Positions 10,210 to 18,971 of a stretch of DNA of 64,000 bases are shown in pieces. How positions within the stretch are numbered: the stretch's first letter is position 1; every line of letters starts with the position of its first letter. The position numbers and the translations under genes were made by a program. The notes below the pieces were generated by a model that did not search any database, was not told the DNA's origin, and saw only the letters and a program-made list of their open reading frames with translations. The DNA is taken from contig CADBUX010000011.1 in NCBI GenBank assembly GCA_902797995.1, positions 1,013 to 65,012 on the forward strand, in the 5' to 3' direction. The stretch comes from an uncultured Erysipelotrichaceae bacterium. Its GTDB lineage: Bacteria > Bacillota_I > Bacilli_A > RF39 > UBA660.

Positions 10210-10286
10210 TGGTCGGGAAGACAGGATTTGAACCTGCAACCCCTTGGTCCCAAACCAAGTGCTCTACCAAGTTGAGCCACTTCCCG
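10210..10286 (-). tRNA. tRNA-Pro (anticodon UGG)
   Basis: Manual fold: acceptor CGGGAAG/CTTCCCG, anticodon loop TTTGGGA, T-loop TTCAAAT, encoded CCA. Confidence 0.85.
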
Positions 10287-10293
10287 AAATATA

Positions 10294-10370
<77 letters not shown>

Positions 10371-10417
10371 AACTGTTACATCTCTTCCAATGCCATTTAA
10401 TTATACAATACAATTAT

Positions 10418-11332
10418 TTATTTTTCAATATTTTTTTTAGTTTTTTCTATTTTTTTTTGATTATTTACTAAAAGTTTTACTTTTTCTACATCATAATTGT
10501 TGAATATTGATGAAAAAATTAGATTTGCTTCTTCCTCAGTTATATCATTATTAATGTTAACTAATATATTATTTTTATTTATTTTATAGTTAATTATTTT
10601 TGTATTTTCTAATAAACTAATTAAATTACTATCATATGAAACCTCAGAAAGCTCGTCAAAAACTATTTCTAATACTTCCCTATCATCATTAACATATTTT
10701 GTAACAGGTACTTCACATAAATCCTCTCCACAATTTGTATAATAGGTCATAACTACTTTAGCGATATTATTTGAACTAAATATTTCATAAGTTTTATTAA
10801 TGCCAAAATCTTTTGTAAGAATTGTTGGCAATTCTTTCTTTGTATGCGGAACATATTTAAGGAGATTACCTTCTACATATATTTCAATACCTAGAACGTT
10901 TTCATCTGTTATAGTATAGACTATAGCCTCAATCATTTTTTCAGATTGTTCTTCATTAATATTATTTAATTCTTTAGAAAAATATACCTTAACAAGTGAG
11001 TCTTCTACTACTACGTCTAACACTTTTGTGTTTTCCGGAAGTATAGGTTTAAAATAGCTTGGGAGAAGTGCATTTTTGTTATTTTCTGATGTCATTATTT
11101 CTAATTTTTCCTTTATTTTATCCTCTAGTGTATAAAACTTTCCAACATAGACATCTGTTTTGGAAATATAATTATCATTATTTAACGTATACACTGTTTC
11201 TTTATTTATGTTTTTCTCTATTTTATTATTTATATCACTGTTATTAACAACTTTTAAATTATATAATGTAAAAACTAAGAAAAATGCAACTGTACTAAAA
11301 AAAATTCTATTAAAAGCCTTTCTCTTTAGCAT
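10418..11332 (-). CDS. secreted/membrane-anchored protein, possibly GerM-like
   Basis: N-terminal signal/anchor. The size and sporulation-gene neighbourhood fit GerM; no diagnostic motif was verified. Confidence 0.3.
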   Translation of the reverse strand: MLKRKAFNRIFFSTVAFFLVFTLYNLKVVNNSDINNKIEKNINKETVYTLNNDNYISKTDVYVGKFYTLEDKIKEKLEIMTSENNKNALLPSYFKPILPENTKVLDVVVEDSLVKVYFSKELNNINEEQSEKMIEAIVYTITDENVLGIEIYVEGNLLKYVPHTKKELPTILTKDFGINKTYEIFSSNNIAKVVMTYYTNCGEDLCEVPVTKYVNDDREVLEIVFDELSEVSYDSNLISLLENTKIINYKINKNNILVNINNDITEEEANLIFSSIFNNYDVEKVKLLVNNQKKIEKTKKNIEK

Positions 11333-11383
11333 AATATCTCCTCTAGTTAATAATATGAAAAGGCATGTATTTTATTACATGTC

Positions 11384-11605
11384 TTAAAGTGTTATTTCAT
11401 TTAATTTTAATAACTCTACAACTGCAGAAGCTCTACCTTTAACTCCTAACTTTTGCATTACGTTAGAAATATGATTTCTAACTGTTTTTTCGCTTATTCC
11501 TAATTTCTCTGCAATTTCTCTAGTAGATTTATTTTTTACTAAAAGTACAAACACTTCTCTTTCTCTTTTTGTAAGTACCTTATTATTAATAATTATTCCC
11601 CTCAC
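11384..11605 (-). CDS. gerE: sporulation transcription regulator GerE (LuxR-type HTH)
   Basis: 73 aa; LTKREREVF.LLV..K.T.EIA..L.ISEKTVRNHISN.MQKLGVKGR..AVVELL is near-identical in pattern to B. subtilis GerE. Confidence 0.85.
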   Translation of the reverse strand: MRGIIINNKVLTKREREVFVLLVKNKSTREIAEKLGISEKTVRNHISNVMQKLGVKGRASAVVELLKLNEITL

Positions 11606-11685
11606 TTTCTAGGTCCGGGTGGCTTTATATTATTCATATTATTTTATGAATACATCTTACACTTTGTGAGAGAAATAAACCTATT

Positions 11686-12198
11686 TTAGGAAAATTTTAC
11701 GGATATAATCATTGGATCAGTAAACTGTGACTGAACTGTTCTCATAATTTTATTAGCGAGTTTTACATCATGTTCTTTTCCTTCGACTACTACTTCTATT
11801 TTAGAGTTTTCTTGTTTTACATAAGCATCCAGTGAATACTCATCTTTGATCTTTTGTACAATTGCAGATTCACTTGCTTTAATACTATTTATTTCTTTCA
11901 TTTGTTCATAAGCCTTATTCTTTTCATCACTACTTTTACTTTTATCATTTAATACTTCCTGTAATGTGTCTAGTATTTCAGAACGTTCTGAATCAAGTTC
12001 TACCTTTAGGGTTTCTATATAACTAGTATTTTGACTACTTACTTCAGAAGTATCTTCTTTTTTTTGTTCTTTTGTTTCCTTAACTTCTGGTACCTGTTCA
12101 CTTTTAAATATTTCATTTGGCATAGTTATATAATAAACACTTAATACTAATATTAAACTAAATAATGTTAAAAACCATAGTCCTTGTTTATTTATCAT
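11686..12198 (-). CDS. SpoIIIAH-like sporulation protein
   Basis: N-terminal W(F/L)LT..SL(I/V)LVLSVYYI anchor closely resembles the SpoIIIAH N-terminus. The rest is acidic/charged as in SpoIIIAH. Confidence 0.5.
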   Translation of the reverse strand: MINKQGLWFLTLFSLILVLSVYYITMPNEIFKSEQVPEVKETKEQKKEDTSEVSSQNTSYIETLKVELDSERSEILDTLQEVLNDKSKSSDEKNKAYEQMKEINSIKASESAIVQKIKDEYSLDAYVKQENSKIEVVVEGKEHDVKLANKIMRTVQSQFTDPMIISVKFS

Positions 12199-12246
12199 AT
12201 CATTTTCCTCCTGATAAAGTATATGAAATGAGATTATAAATATGTA

Positions 12247-12945
12247 TTATATTTTAATAATTGTTTTTAGTTTTTTAATGACCTTCTTTTCTATTCTTGA
12301 TATGTAAGATTGACTAATATTTAATTTTTTAGCAACCTCTTTTTGAGTTAATTCTTCATTACCATTTAGACCATATCTTAAATACATTATTTCTTTATCG
12401 CGCTCATCTAATTTTTCTAACTCTTCTTTTAATGTTTTTTTATCATATTCATCTTCAAGGGGTTTTGTCACTATATCTCCTTCAGTACCAAGGATATCTT
12501 CAAGATGAAGTTCATTTCCATCACTATCAAAACTTAGCGATTCTTCAAAGGAGATATCTGTTTTTGTCTTTTTATTCTTTCTTAAATACATAAGTATTTC
12601 ATTATCAATACAACGAGAACAATAAGTAGCAAGTTTAATATTCTTACCTCTTTTATAAGTATTAATACCTTTTATTAATCCAATAGAGCCTATGCTAACT
12701 AAATCTTCAAGATCAACACCAGTGTTTTCATATCTTTTAGCTAAGTAAACAACAAGACGAAGGTTATGTTCTATTAGTTTATCTTTAGCATTTTCATCAC
12801 CATTTTCCTTTAGCTCTAGATAATAGTCCTCTTCTTCTTTAGAAAGTGGTGGTGGTAAGATATCTGCTGCTCCGACAAAGAAAACACCATCATTTTCTTT
12901 AAGCTGTCTTATTTTTTCTATTAGTTTTTGAATTATTTTTTTCAT
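12247..12945 (-). CDS. sigE: sporulation sigma factor SigE (pro-sigma-E)
   Basis: Sigma-70 region 2 (RLVVYLAKRY) and region 4. The ILPPPLSKEEE motif is typical of SigE/SigK. Located directly downstream of spoIIGA. Confidence 0.85.
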   Translation of the reverse strand: MKKIIQKLIEKIRQLKENDGVFFVGAADILPPPLSKEEEDYYLELKENGDENAKDKLIEHNLRLVVYLAKRYENTGVDLEDLVSIGSIGLIKGINTYKRGKNIKLATYCSRCIDNEILMYLRKNKKTKTDISFEESLSFDSDGNELHLEDILGTEGDIVTKPLEDEYDKKTLKEELEKLDERDKEIMYLRYGLNGNEELTQKEVAKKLNISQSYISRIEKKVIKKLKTIIKI

Positions 12946-13717
12946 TTTTTCCCTCCCATATATTTATATTTAAGATTATATCTGCATCTTTTAACTGAAA
13001 TTTGTCAGAAGAAAGTGCTAGGTATACATTTTTAAAAGTTTCTTTTTCTACTTTTATTCTATTTAGTTTCATACATTTCATAAGTCCTTTACTATTTAAA
13101 GTTGAAAATGGTATATAAAATGTTTTTTTATTATTTGTATCTATTTTTATATCTTTATTAAGTATTAAAACAGGTCTGTTCTTATACATAAGATTATTAC
13201 CCGTATCTAGATACCCTATTAAATTCATTGCTTTATTGTTAATAAAAAGAGTTGTTTTATATTTGCTATTTGTTATTTTTTTTGCCTTAAGTATATGTTT
13301 TGAATAAATAATTATTGTTATGAATCCTGTAATTAAAAGTAGTATTATGTATAATTTGTTATTTGTTATGGACTTTCCTAGGACTGTTTTGGAGACTTCG
13401 ATATTAAATAGATATAGAGTTCCTCCCATTAGTATTGATAATATGATTAAATATATAAAATTATTCATAGTATATTTTATATTTTTATAAGAAAAAGCAA
13501 CTACAACTATTAATAACCCTAAAAAAAGTTTTAAGATAAAAAATAAGATTGATGTTATGTTCAATAAAATAATAAAACCTGATAAACCTCCGATAGTGGA
13601 TCCTAAAAAAAGTTTCAGGTTTGAAGTGTTTCTTTTTAGTACAATAGCTATTCCTAGTAATAGTATGAAATCAAATAAAAAATTAATAATAAAAACATAG
13701 TCTAAATATATTTTCAT
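12899..13717 (-). CDS. spoIIGA: sigma-E processing peptidase SpoIIGA
   Basis: Polytopic membrane N-terminal domain plus a YLDTGN aspartic-protease motif. Located upstream of sigE. Confidence 0.75.
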   Translation of the reverse strand: MKIYLDYVFIINFLFDFILLLGIAIVLKRNTSNLKLFLGSTIGGLSGFIILLNITSILFFILKLFLGLLIVVVAFSYKNIKYTMNNFIYLIILSILMGGTLYLFNIEVSKTVLGKSITNNKLYIILLLITGFITIIIYSKHILKAKKITNSKYKTTLFINNKAMNLIGYLDTGNNLMYKNRPVLILNKDIKIDTNNKKTFYIPFSTLNSKGLMKCMKLNRIKVEKETFKNVYLALSSDKFQLKDADIILNINIWEGKNEKNNSKTNRKNKTA

Positions 13718-13814
13718 ATTATCACCATAAATAATATAAATTAAATATATTTAAAACTATGTCTTTTTTTGTTAATAAAACTTTATTTAAAAAAATGAGA
13801 TGAGCTTATTATTT

Positions 13815-15158
13815 CTACTTTAATTTTCTAGCAGTTTCTTTGAATAATGCACCACGTTCTTCACATTCTTTATATTGGTCCCATGATGCAGAACCAGGTG
13901 ATAGTAATATTACATCTCCTTCTTCTGAGACTTCATATGCTTTTTCTGTGGCATCTGTTATATAATCACAGATATATACAGGTTTATTTATGCTTTCTGC
14001 AAAGTCTTTTACTCTTTGTCTACACTCACCCATGGCTATTATTGCTTTTATATTTTTTGAATGTGGTGTTAGGTCTTCGAATTTTTGACCTCTTTCTAAA
14101 CCACCCAGAATTATTATTGTTGGTTCTGTGAAAGAATCTAATGCTATTTGAGTACATTTTATATTAGTAGCTTCTGTATCATTATAGAATAATCTACCAT
14201 TTATATTATCAACATACTCTAGTCTATGTTCTACTCCTTTAAAATCTTTTAAAACTTCTCTTATTGATTCTGTTTTACAATCAAACTCTTTTACTGCCAT
14301 AGTTGCGGCCATAATATTTTCTACGTTATGCATTCCTCTTAGTTTTATATCTTTAATGTCTACGATTTCTTCATCATAATAATATATCTTGTTGTTTTCA
14401 AAATAAGCTCCTTCGATTTTATTTTTTGATGAGAAATACTTTTTAGTACTTTGTGCATTCTTTGTTATTTCTAATACTTCATTATTTTCTTTATTTAGAA
14501 TAGCTACATTATCTTTAGTATGATTTTGTAATATTTTGCTTTTTACATATTTATAATGTTCATATGTTTTCATAAAATCAATATGAGCTTCTGTGATATT
14601 TGTAATAACCGCTACATCAGGGTTAAACATACTTAAATTTTCTAATTGTTGGCAAGATGTTTCCATTACTATAATAGTGTTTTCTTCTAGATTATCTACA
14701 AAATTTGAAAGTGGATAACCGATATTCCCTGCTAAGACCACTTTTTTGTTATCTTGTTTTAAAAATTCATATGTTAGAGTTGTTGTTGTTGTTTTACCAT
14801 TACTTCCTGTTATAGCAATCATTTTTATATTTTTATCTTTTGGAATACATAGATATGCCATTTCTACTTCATTTATTACTGGAACTCCTAGCTCTCTTGC
14901 TTTTAGAACATATTTATGATCTATTGGAACACCAGGATTCTTTATTAAATAGTCAACATCTTTGCTTATTAAATCATCTGGATGAGATCCTAGTATTACT
15001 TTAATTCCCTCTTTTTCTAAATCATCTAATATTTCTTTTTTTTCTTCTTTTTTCATATCGTTAACTGTTACATTACAATTTCTTTTTCTTAAGAACTTTG
15101 CTGCTGCAATACCACTTCTTGCTAAGCCTAAAACTACTACATTTTTATTTTCAAACAT
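13815..15158 (-). CDS. murD: UDP-N-acetylmuramoylalanine--D-glutamate ligase
   Basis: VLGLARSG N-terminus and the Mur ligase ATP site ITGSNGKTTTT. Confidence 0.9.
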   Translation of the reverse strand: MFENKNVVVLGLARSGIAAAKFLRKRNCNVTVNDMKKEEKKEILDDLEKEGIKVILGSHPDDLISKDVDYLIKNPGVPIDHKYVLKARELGVPVINEVEMAYLCIPKDKNIKMIAITGSNGKTTTTTLTYEFLKQDNKKVVLAGNIGYPLSNFVDNLEENTIIVMETSCQQLENLSMFNPDVAVITNITEAHIDFMKTYEHYKYVKSKILQNHTKDNVAILNKENNEVLEITKNAQSTKKYFSSKNKIEGAYFENNKIYYYDEEIVDIKDIKLRGMHNVENIMAATMAVKEFDCKTESIREVLKDFKGVEHRLEYVDNINGRLFYNDTEATNIKCTQIALDSFTEPTIIILGGLERGQKFEDLTPHSKNIKAIIAMGECRQRVKDFAESINKPVYICDYITDATEKAYEVSEEGDVILLSPGSASWDQYKECEERGALFKETARKLK

Positions 15159-15170
15159 TTTAACACTTCC

Positions 15171-15833
15171 CTATTTTATTTTACTATATATTTCATCATT
15201 TATTTCTTCAATAGTTCTAAAATTGTTATCCTTTACACACTCGATTATAGTCCAATTAAAGAATTTTGAACAATACATAGCACTATTATATACTTTTTTC
15301 ATAAATTCTAAATCTTTTTCGTGAATATCTCCTTTTATTTGTTCGCCTTTTTCTTGTAATCTTTTGTTTCTTAAATCTGTTATAAAATCAAATGGTGCGG
15401 TTAAAAATATTACTATGTCGGGTTTTTTTATACCTAATTTATTAAATTCAAAATCTGTTACATAGTTTAAAAAATTATTTTTTTCTTCTTCATTTTCGAT
15501 TAAAGCTGATTGATAAATTAAACTAGAACTCGTATATCTATCAAGTAGTACTATTTGATTATTGTTATACGCTTTTTTTAGTTTATTTTCCCATGTTATT
15601 TTTCTATCAACTGCGTATAAACTATTAACAAAGTAAGGAGAAATCTCACTTGGTTTACCAAATGATCCTTTTAAATATTCCATTACTGGTACTCCTTGAT
15701 ACTCTTCATATGTAGGAAAATGATGACTAACTACTTTATTGCCATCTTTTTCTAAACGTTCTTTTAAAAGATTAAACTGAGTGCTTTTTCCTATACCGTC
15801 AAGGGCTCCTTCGATTACTATTAGTTTTCCCAC
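15171..15833 (-). CDS. tmk: thymidylate kinase (chromosomal copy)
   Basis: P-loop IEGALDGIGKST and DRY...SSLIYQ motif. Adjacent to folA-thyA. Confidence 0.7.
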   Translation of the reverse strand: MGKLIVIEGALDGIGKSTQFNLLKERLEKDGNKVVSHHFPTYEEYQGVPVMEYLKGSFGKPSEISPYFVNSLYAVDRKITWENKLKKAYNNNQIVLLDRYTSSSLIYQSALIENEEEKNNFLNYVTDFEFNKLGIKKPDIVIFLTAPFDFITDLRNKRLQEKGEQIKGDIHEKDLEFMKKVYNSAMYCSKFFNWTIIECVKDNNFRTIEEINDEIYSKIK

Positions 15834-15834
15834 T

Positions 15835-16299
15835 TTACCACTTCTTTCTATACACTACAAATGAGTAATTTAAATTTTTATATCTTTCCTTTTTTATTGT
15901 TTCTTTATTATATAAATCTTTATTAAATTCTGGAAAATATGTATCTGCATCTTTTTCATCTTCAATTTCGGTTAAATAGATGTTACTTGCATATGGCAAG
16001 AACTTTTTATATATAGATTCTCCTCCGATAACAAAAACTTCTTCTTTTATATTTAGTATCTTGTTTTTATTATTAACTACTTCTACATCATTTATTTTTA
16101 TATTTTTTCTTGTTAATACTATGTTTTTTCTATTTGGAAGAGGCTTTCCTATACTTTCATAGGTTTTTCTTCCCATGACTATAGTTTTACCTGTTGTTAG
16201 TTTTTGAAAATATTTTAAATCATTTGGAATACTCCAGAGAAGATTACCATCTTTACCTATTTCTAGATTTTTACCTACTGCTGCGATAATACTTATCAT
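15835..16299 (-). CDS. folA: dihydrofolate reductase
   Basis: IIAAVGKN..IG.DG.LLW and TIVMGRKTYESIG signature. Confidence 0.85.
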   Translation of the reverse strand: MISIIAAVGKNLEIGKDGNLLWSIPNDLKYFQKLTTGKTIVMGRKTYESIGKPLPNRKNIVLTRKNIKINDVEVVNNKNKILNIKEEVFVIGGESIYKKFLPYASNIYLTEIEDEKDADTYFPEFNKDLYNKETIKKERYKNLNYSFVVYRKKW

Positions 16300-17198
16300 T
16301 GTGATATAGGAAAAGATATTTTTCCATGATGTTTATAGTTTCTAACATTGATATCTTTTAACTCTCTTGAATTGTCAAAATCATAAAAATCTGTTATTTC
16401 AGGATTAATCCAAAGTTCTGGAGCAGGCAAATCTTCAAGTTCTTCTCCACGTCTTATTTGTTCTTTTATTCCATCAACTTGATTTACATAAATATGAGCA
16501 TCTTTTATTGACCAGTCTATAGTACCTGGTTTTTTATTTGTAACTTGTGCTATTAGTGATAAAAGTGTTGCGTACTGAGTAACGTTAAATGGTAGTCCTA
16601 AGGGAACGTCACAACTTCTTTGATGCACCATTAAATTAAGAGTATCTTCTGTTACGTCCCATTCACTACTCCATACGCATGATGGAAGTACTGCGGTATC
16701 TAAAAATTCATCTTGCCATAAACTCATTACCATTCTTCTGTCTGTTGGATTGTTCTTAATTTTATCTATTAGTTTGTCTATCATATGATAATGATTAACT
16801 ATCCAGCCATAGGCTGTTCCTATAGTATGTGCCCACTCTTTTCCAAAATCTTTTACTATTTCTTTTTTTTCTAGTTTTCCTTCTTCATTTACTACATTTT
16901 GGGTAGCATGCCAAAGTCCATTTTCATCTATTTCCCATTCATCCCAGATATGATTGCCTCTTTCTTGGAGCCATCTAACATCGTTACTTTGCGCTTGATA
17001 TATCCAAAGTATTTCAGTTATTGCGTTTTTAAAAAACAATTGTTTAGTTGTTAAAACTGGAAATTCTTCCTGCAAGTCAAAATGAAAACTATAACTTGGT
17101 ATTTTGATAGTATTTGTACCTGTTCTATTTTCTACTTCTTTTCCTTCTTCGAGTATTTTTTTGCACAGTTTTAGATATTCTATATCCCATTTTGCCAT
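16296..17198 (-). CDS. thyA: thymidylate synthase ThyA
   Basis: Conserved PSC.W active-site region, overall ThyA pattern, and overlap with folA. Confidence 0.9.
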   Translation of the reverse strand: MAKWDIEYLKLCKKILEEGKEVENRTGTNTIKIPSYSFHFDLQEEFPVLTTKQLFFKNAITEILWIYQAQSNDVRWLQERGNHIWDEWEIDENGLWHATQNVVNEEGKLEKKEIVKDFGKEWAHTIGTAYGWIVNHYHMIDKLIDKIKNNPTDRRMVMSLWQDEFLDTAVLPSCVWSSEWDVTEDTLNLMVHQRSCDVPLGLPFNVTQYATLLSLIAQVTNKKPGTIDWSIKDAHIYVNQVDGIKEQIRRGEELEDLPAPELWINPEITDFYDFDNSRELKDINVRNYKHHGKISFPISQ

Positions 17199-17257
17199 AT
17201 AAAAACCTCCTTTTATATTATATCATAAGTAATGTCTTGATAATTTAATGTATTTTT

Positions 17258-17722
17258 TTAATATATTTCTTTATTTTGTTCTTTGTATTTTTTAAATAAC
17301 TCGAGGCACTCTTCTTTTGATATGTTTTTAATACTTAATATACCTTCATCATTATTTTTTATAAAATCATAGATATAATCATCTCTAAAACCAATTTCTT
17401 CAGCAGCTTTTAAATCAGTACCATAATATACTTCTTTTATATTGGCCCAGATAATTGCAGATAAGCACATAGGACAAGGATAGCCAGTTGCATAAAGAGT
17501 GCATCCAGATAGATCGTGTGTTTCTAGTTTTTCGCTTGCCTTTCTTATAGCATTTACCTCAGCATGGGCAGTTGGATCGTGACTTCCTAATACTGTGTTT
17601 GATGCTACAGCTATTACTTTGCCATTTTTTACAATAGCAGCTCCGAATGGTCCTCCGATATCTTTGGTCATTGTTTTTTCTGCTTCTTTAATTGCTAAAT
17701 TCATTACTTCTTTATTATTCAT
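17258..17722 (-). CDS. guaD: CDA-fold deaminase, guanine deaminase GuaD-like
   Basis: GGPFGA.IVK.G, PTAHAEV and PCPMCL zinc-binding motifs. Close in pattern to B. subtilis GuaD; TadA cannot be fully excluded. Confidence 0.6.
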   Translation of the reverse strand: MNNKEVMNLAIKEAEKTMTKDIGGPFGAAIVKNGKVIAVASNTVLGSHDPTAHAEVNAIRKASEKLETHDLSGCTLYATGYPCPMCLSAIIWANIKEVYYGTDLKAAEEIGFRDDYIYDFIKNNDEGILSIKNISKEECLELFKKYKEQNKEIY

Positions 17723-17723
17723 A

Positions 17724-18911
17724 CTATTTCTCCTTTTCTGCTGTTAATAAGCAAACTGTTTCTATGTGCTTGGTTGCTGGAAACATATTATATATATTTA
17801 TATCTTTTAAATCGTAATTTTTTAAGAGTTCTATGTCTCTTTTTAAAGTACTTGGATTACATGAAACATATATTATTTTGCTTGCACTACTTTTATTTAA
17901 GATATTTATTACTTTTTTACTTAATCCACTTCTTGGGGGATCTACTATGATTGTATCGTATTTTCCTTTTATATTTGATGCGTCACTATTAACTATTTTA
18001 TAGTTTTTTATATTGTTATTCTCTATATTCTTTTTGGCACATATTACAGAATCTTTATTTATTTCTATACCTGTTATAAAGTCTGCTTTTTCATGTAAAT
18101 AAATACCAATACTTCCTGTACCACAATATAAATCCAATAGATTATTAGTACTTTCTACATTGTCTTTTATATAGTTATATAACTTTTCAGCACATTTACT
18201 GTTAACTTGAAAAAAAGAATTATTATTAACATTATAAGTAAGATTGCCTAATTTTACTTTTAAGTACTTATCTCCATAAATTAATTTATCATTTTGATAG
18301 ATGCTTTTTACTTTTTTGTTTTTAATTATTGTTTCTAGATCGTTATTATTTATGCTTCCTGTTATACTTAAAAGAAGTCCTTCACCTTTCTTTATTACTA
18401 TTTCTTTTATTTTATTTAGATCTATTTTTTCTAGAATTGCTATCAACTTATTAATATCATTGTCTAGCAATAAACAATGGCTTATTTTGGTTAAATTGTT
18501 TGATTCTTTTTGATAAATTCCTAGTTTGTTATCCTTTACATGTAATGTTACTTTGTTGCGATAATTTTCTCTATCTAAAGATATTATTTTTTTCTCATAA
18601 TCTTTAAACAGTTTTTTGATATAGTTTTCTTTTAATTTTTTTTCTTTATTATATGATATATGAAGAAGATCACAGCCACCGCATTCATTGTAATAAGGGC
18701 ATAATGGCTCTTGATAGTTTTTACTTCTTTCTATTATTTTTATTACTTTAGATTCTGCAACAGTTTTCTTAACTTTTTCTATTTTTATTTGCACTATGTC
18801 TCCGGTTACTGTTTTGGGTACAAATATAGTAATATCATCTTTTTTGGCAATACCATTTCCCATATGATTATCATCAATAATTGTCACTGTTAAAATATCA
18901 TTTTCTTTCAC
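17724..18911 (-). CDS. 23S rRNA (uracil-C5)-methyltransferase RlmD/RumA family
   Basis: N-terminal TRAM domain, a Cys cluster (CPYYNECGGCDLLH), SAM motif LDLYCGTGSIG, and a catalytic DPPR.G motif. Confidence 0.8.
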   Translation of the reverse strand: MKENDILTVTIIDDNHMGNGIAKKDDITIFVPKTVTGDIVQIKIEKVKKTVAESKVIKIIERSKNYQEPLCPYYNECGGCDLLHISYNKEKKLKENYIKKLFKDYEKKIISLDRENYRNKVTLHVKDNKLGIYQKESNNLTKISHCLLLDNDINKLIAILEKIDLNKIKEIVIKKGEGLLLSITGSINNNDLETIIKNKKVKSIYQNDKLIYGDKYLKVKLGNLTYNVNNNSFFQVNSKCAEKLYNYIKDNVESTNNLLDLYCGTGSIGIYLHEKADFITGIEINKDSVICAKKNIENNNIKNYKIVNSDASNIKGKYDTIIVDPPRSGLSKKVINILNKSSASKIIYVSCNPSTLKRDIELLKNYDLKDINIYNMFPATKHIETVCLLTAEKEK

Positions 18912-18971
18912 TACTATCCCTCTTTTTTTATTGTATCATATTTTGACAAAGAAAAAAGCAACTTAATTGCT

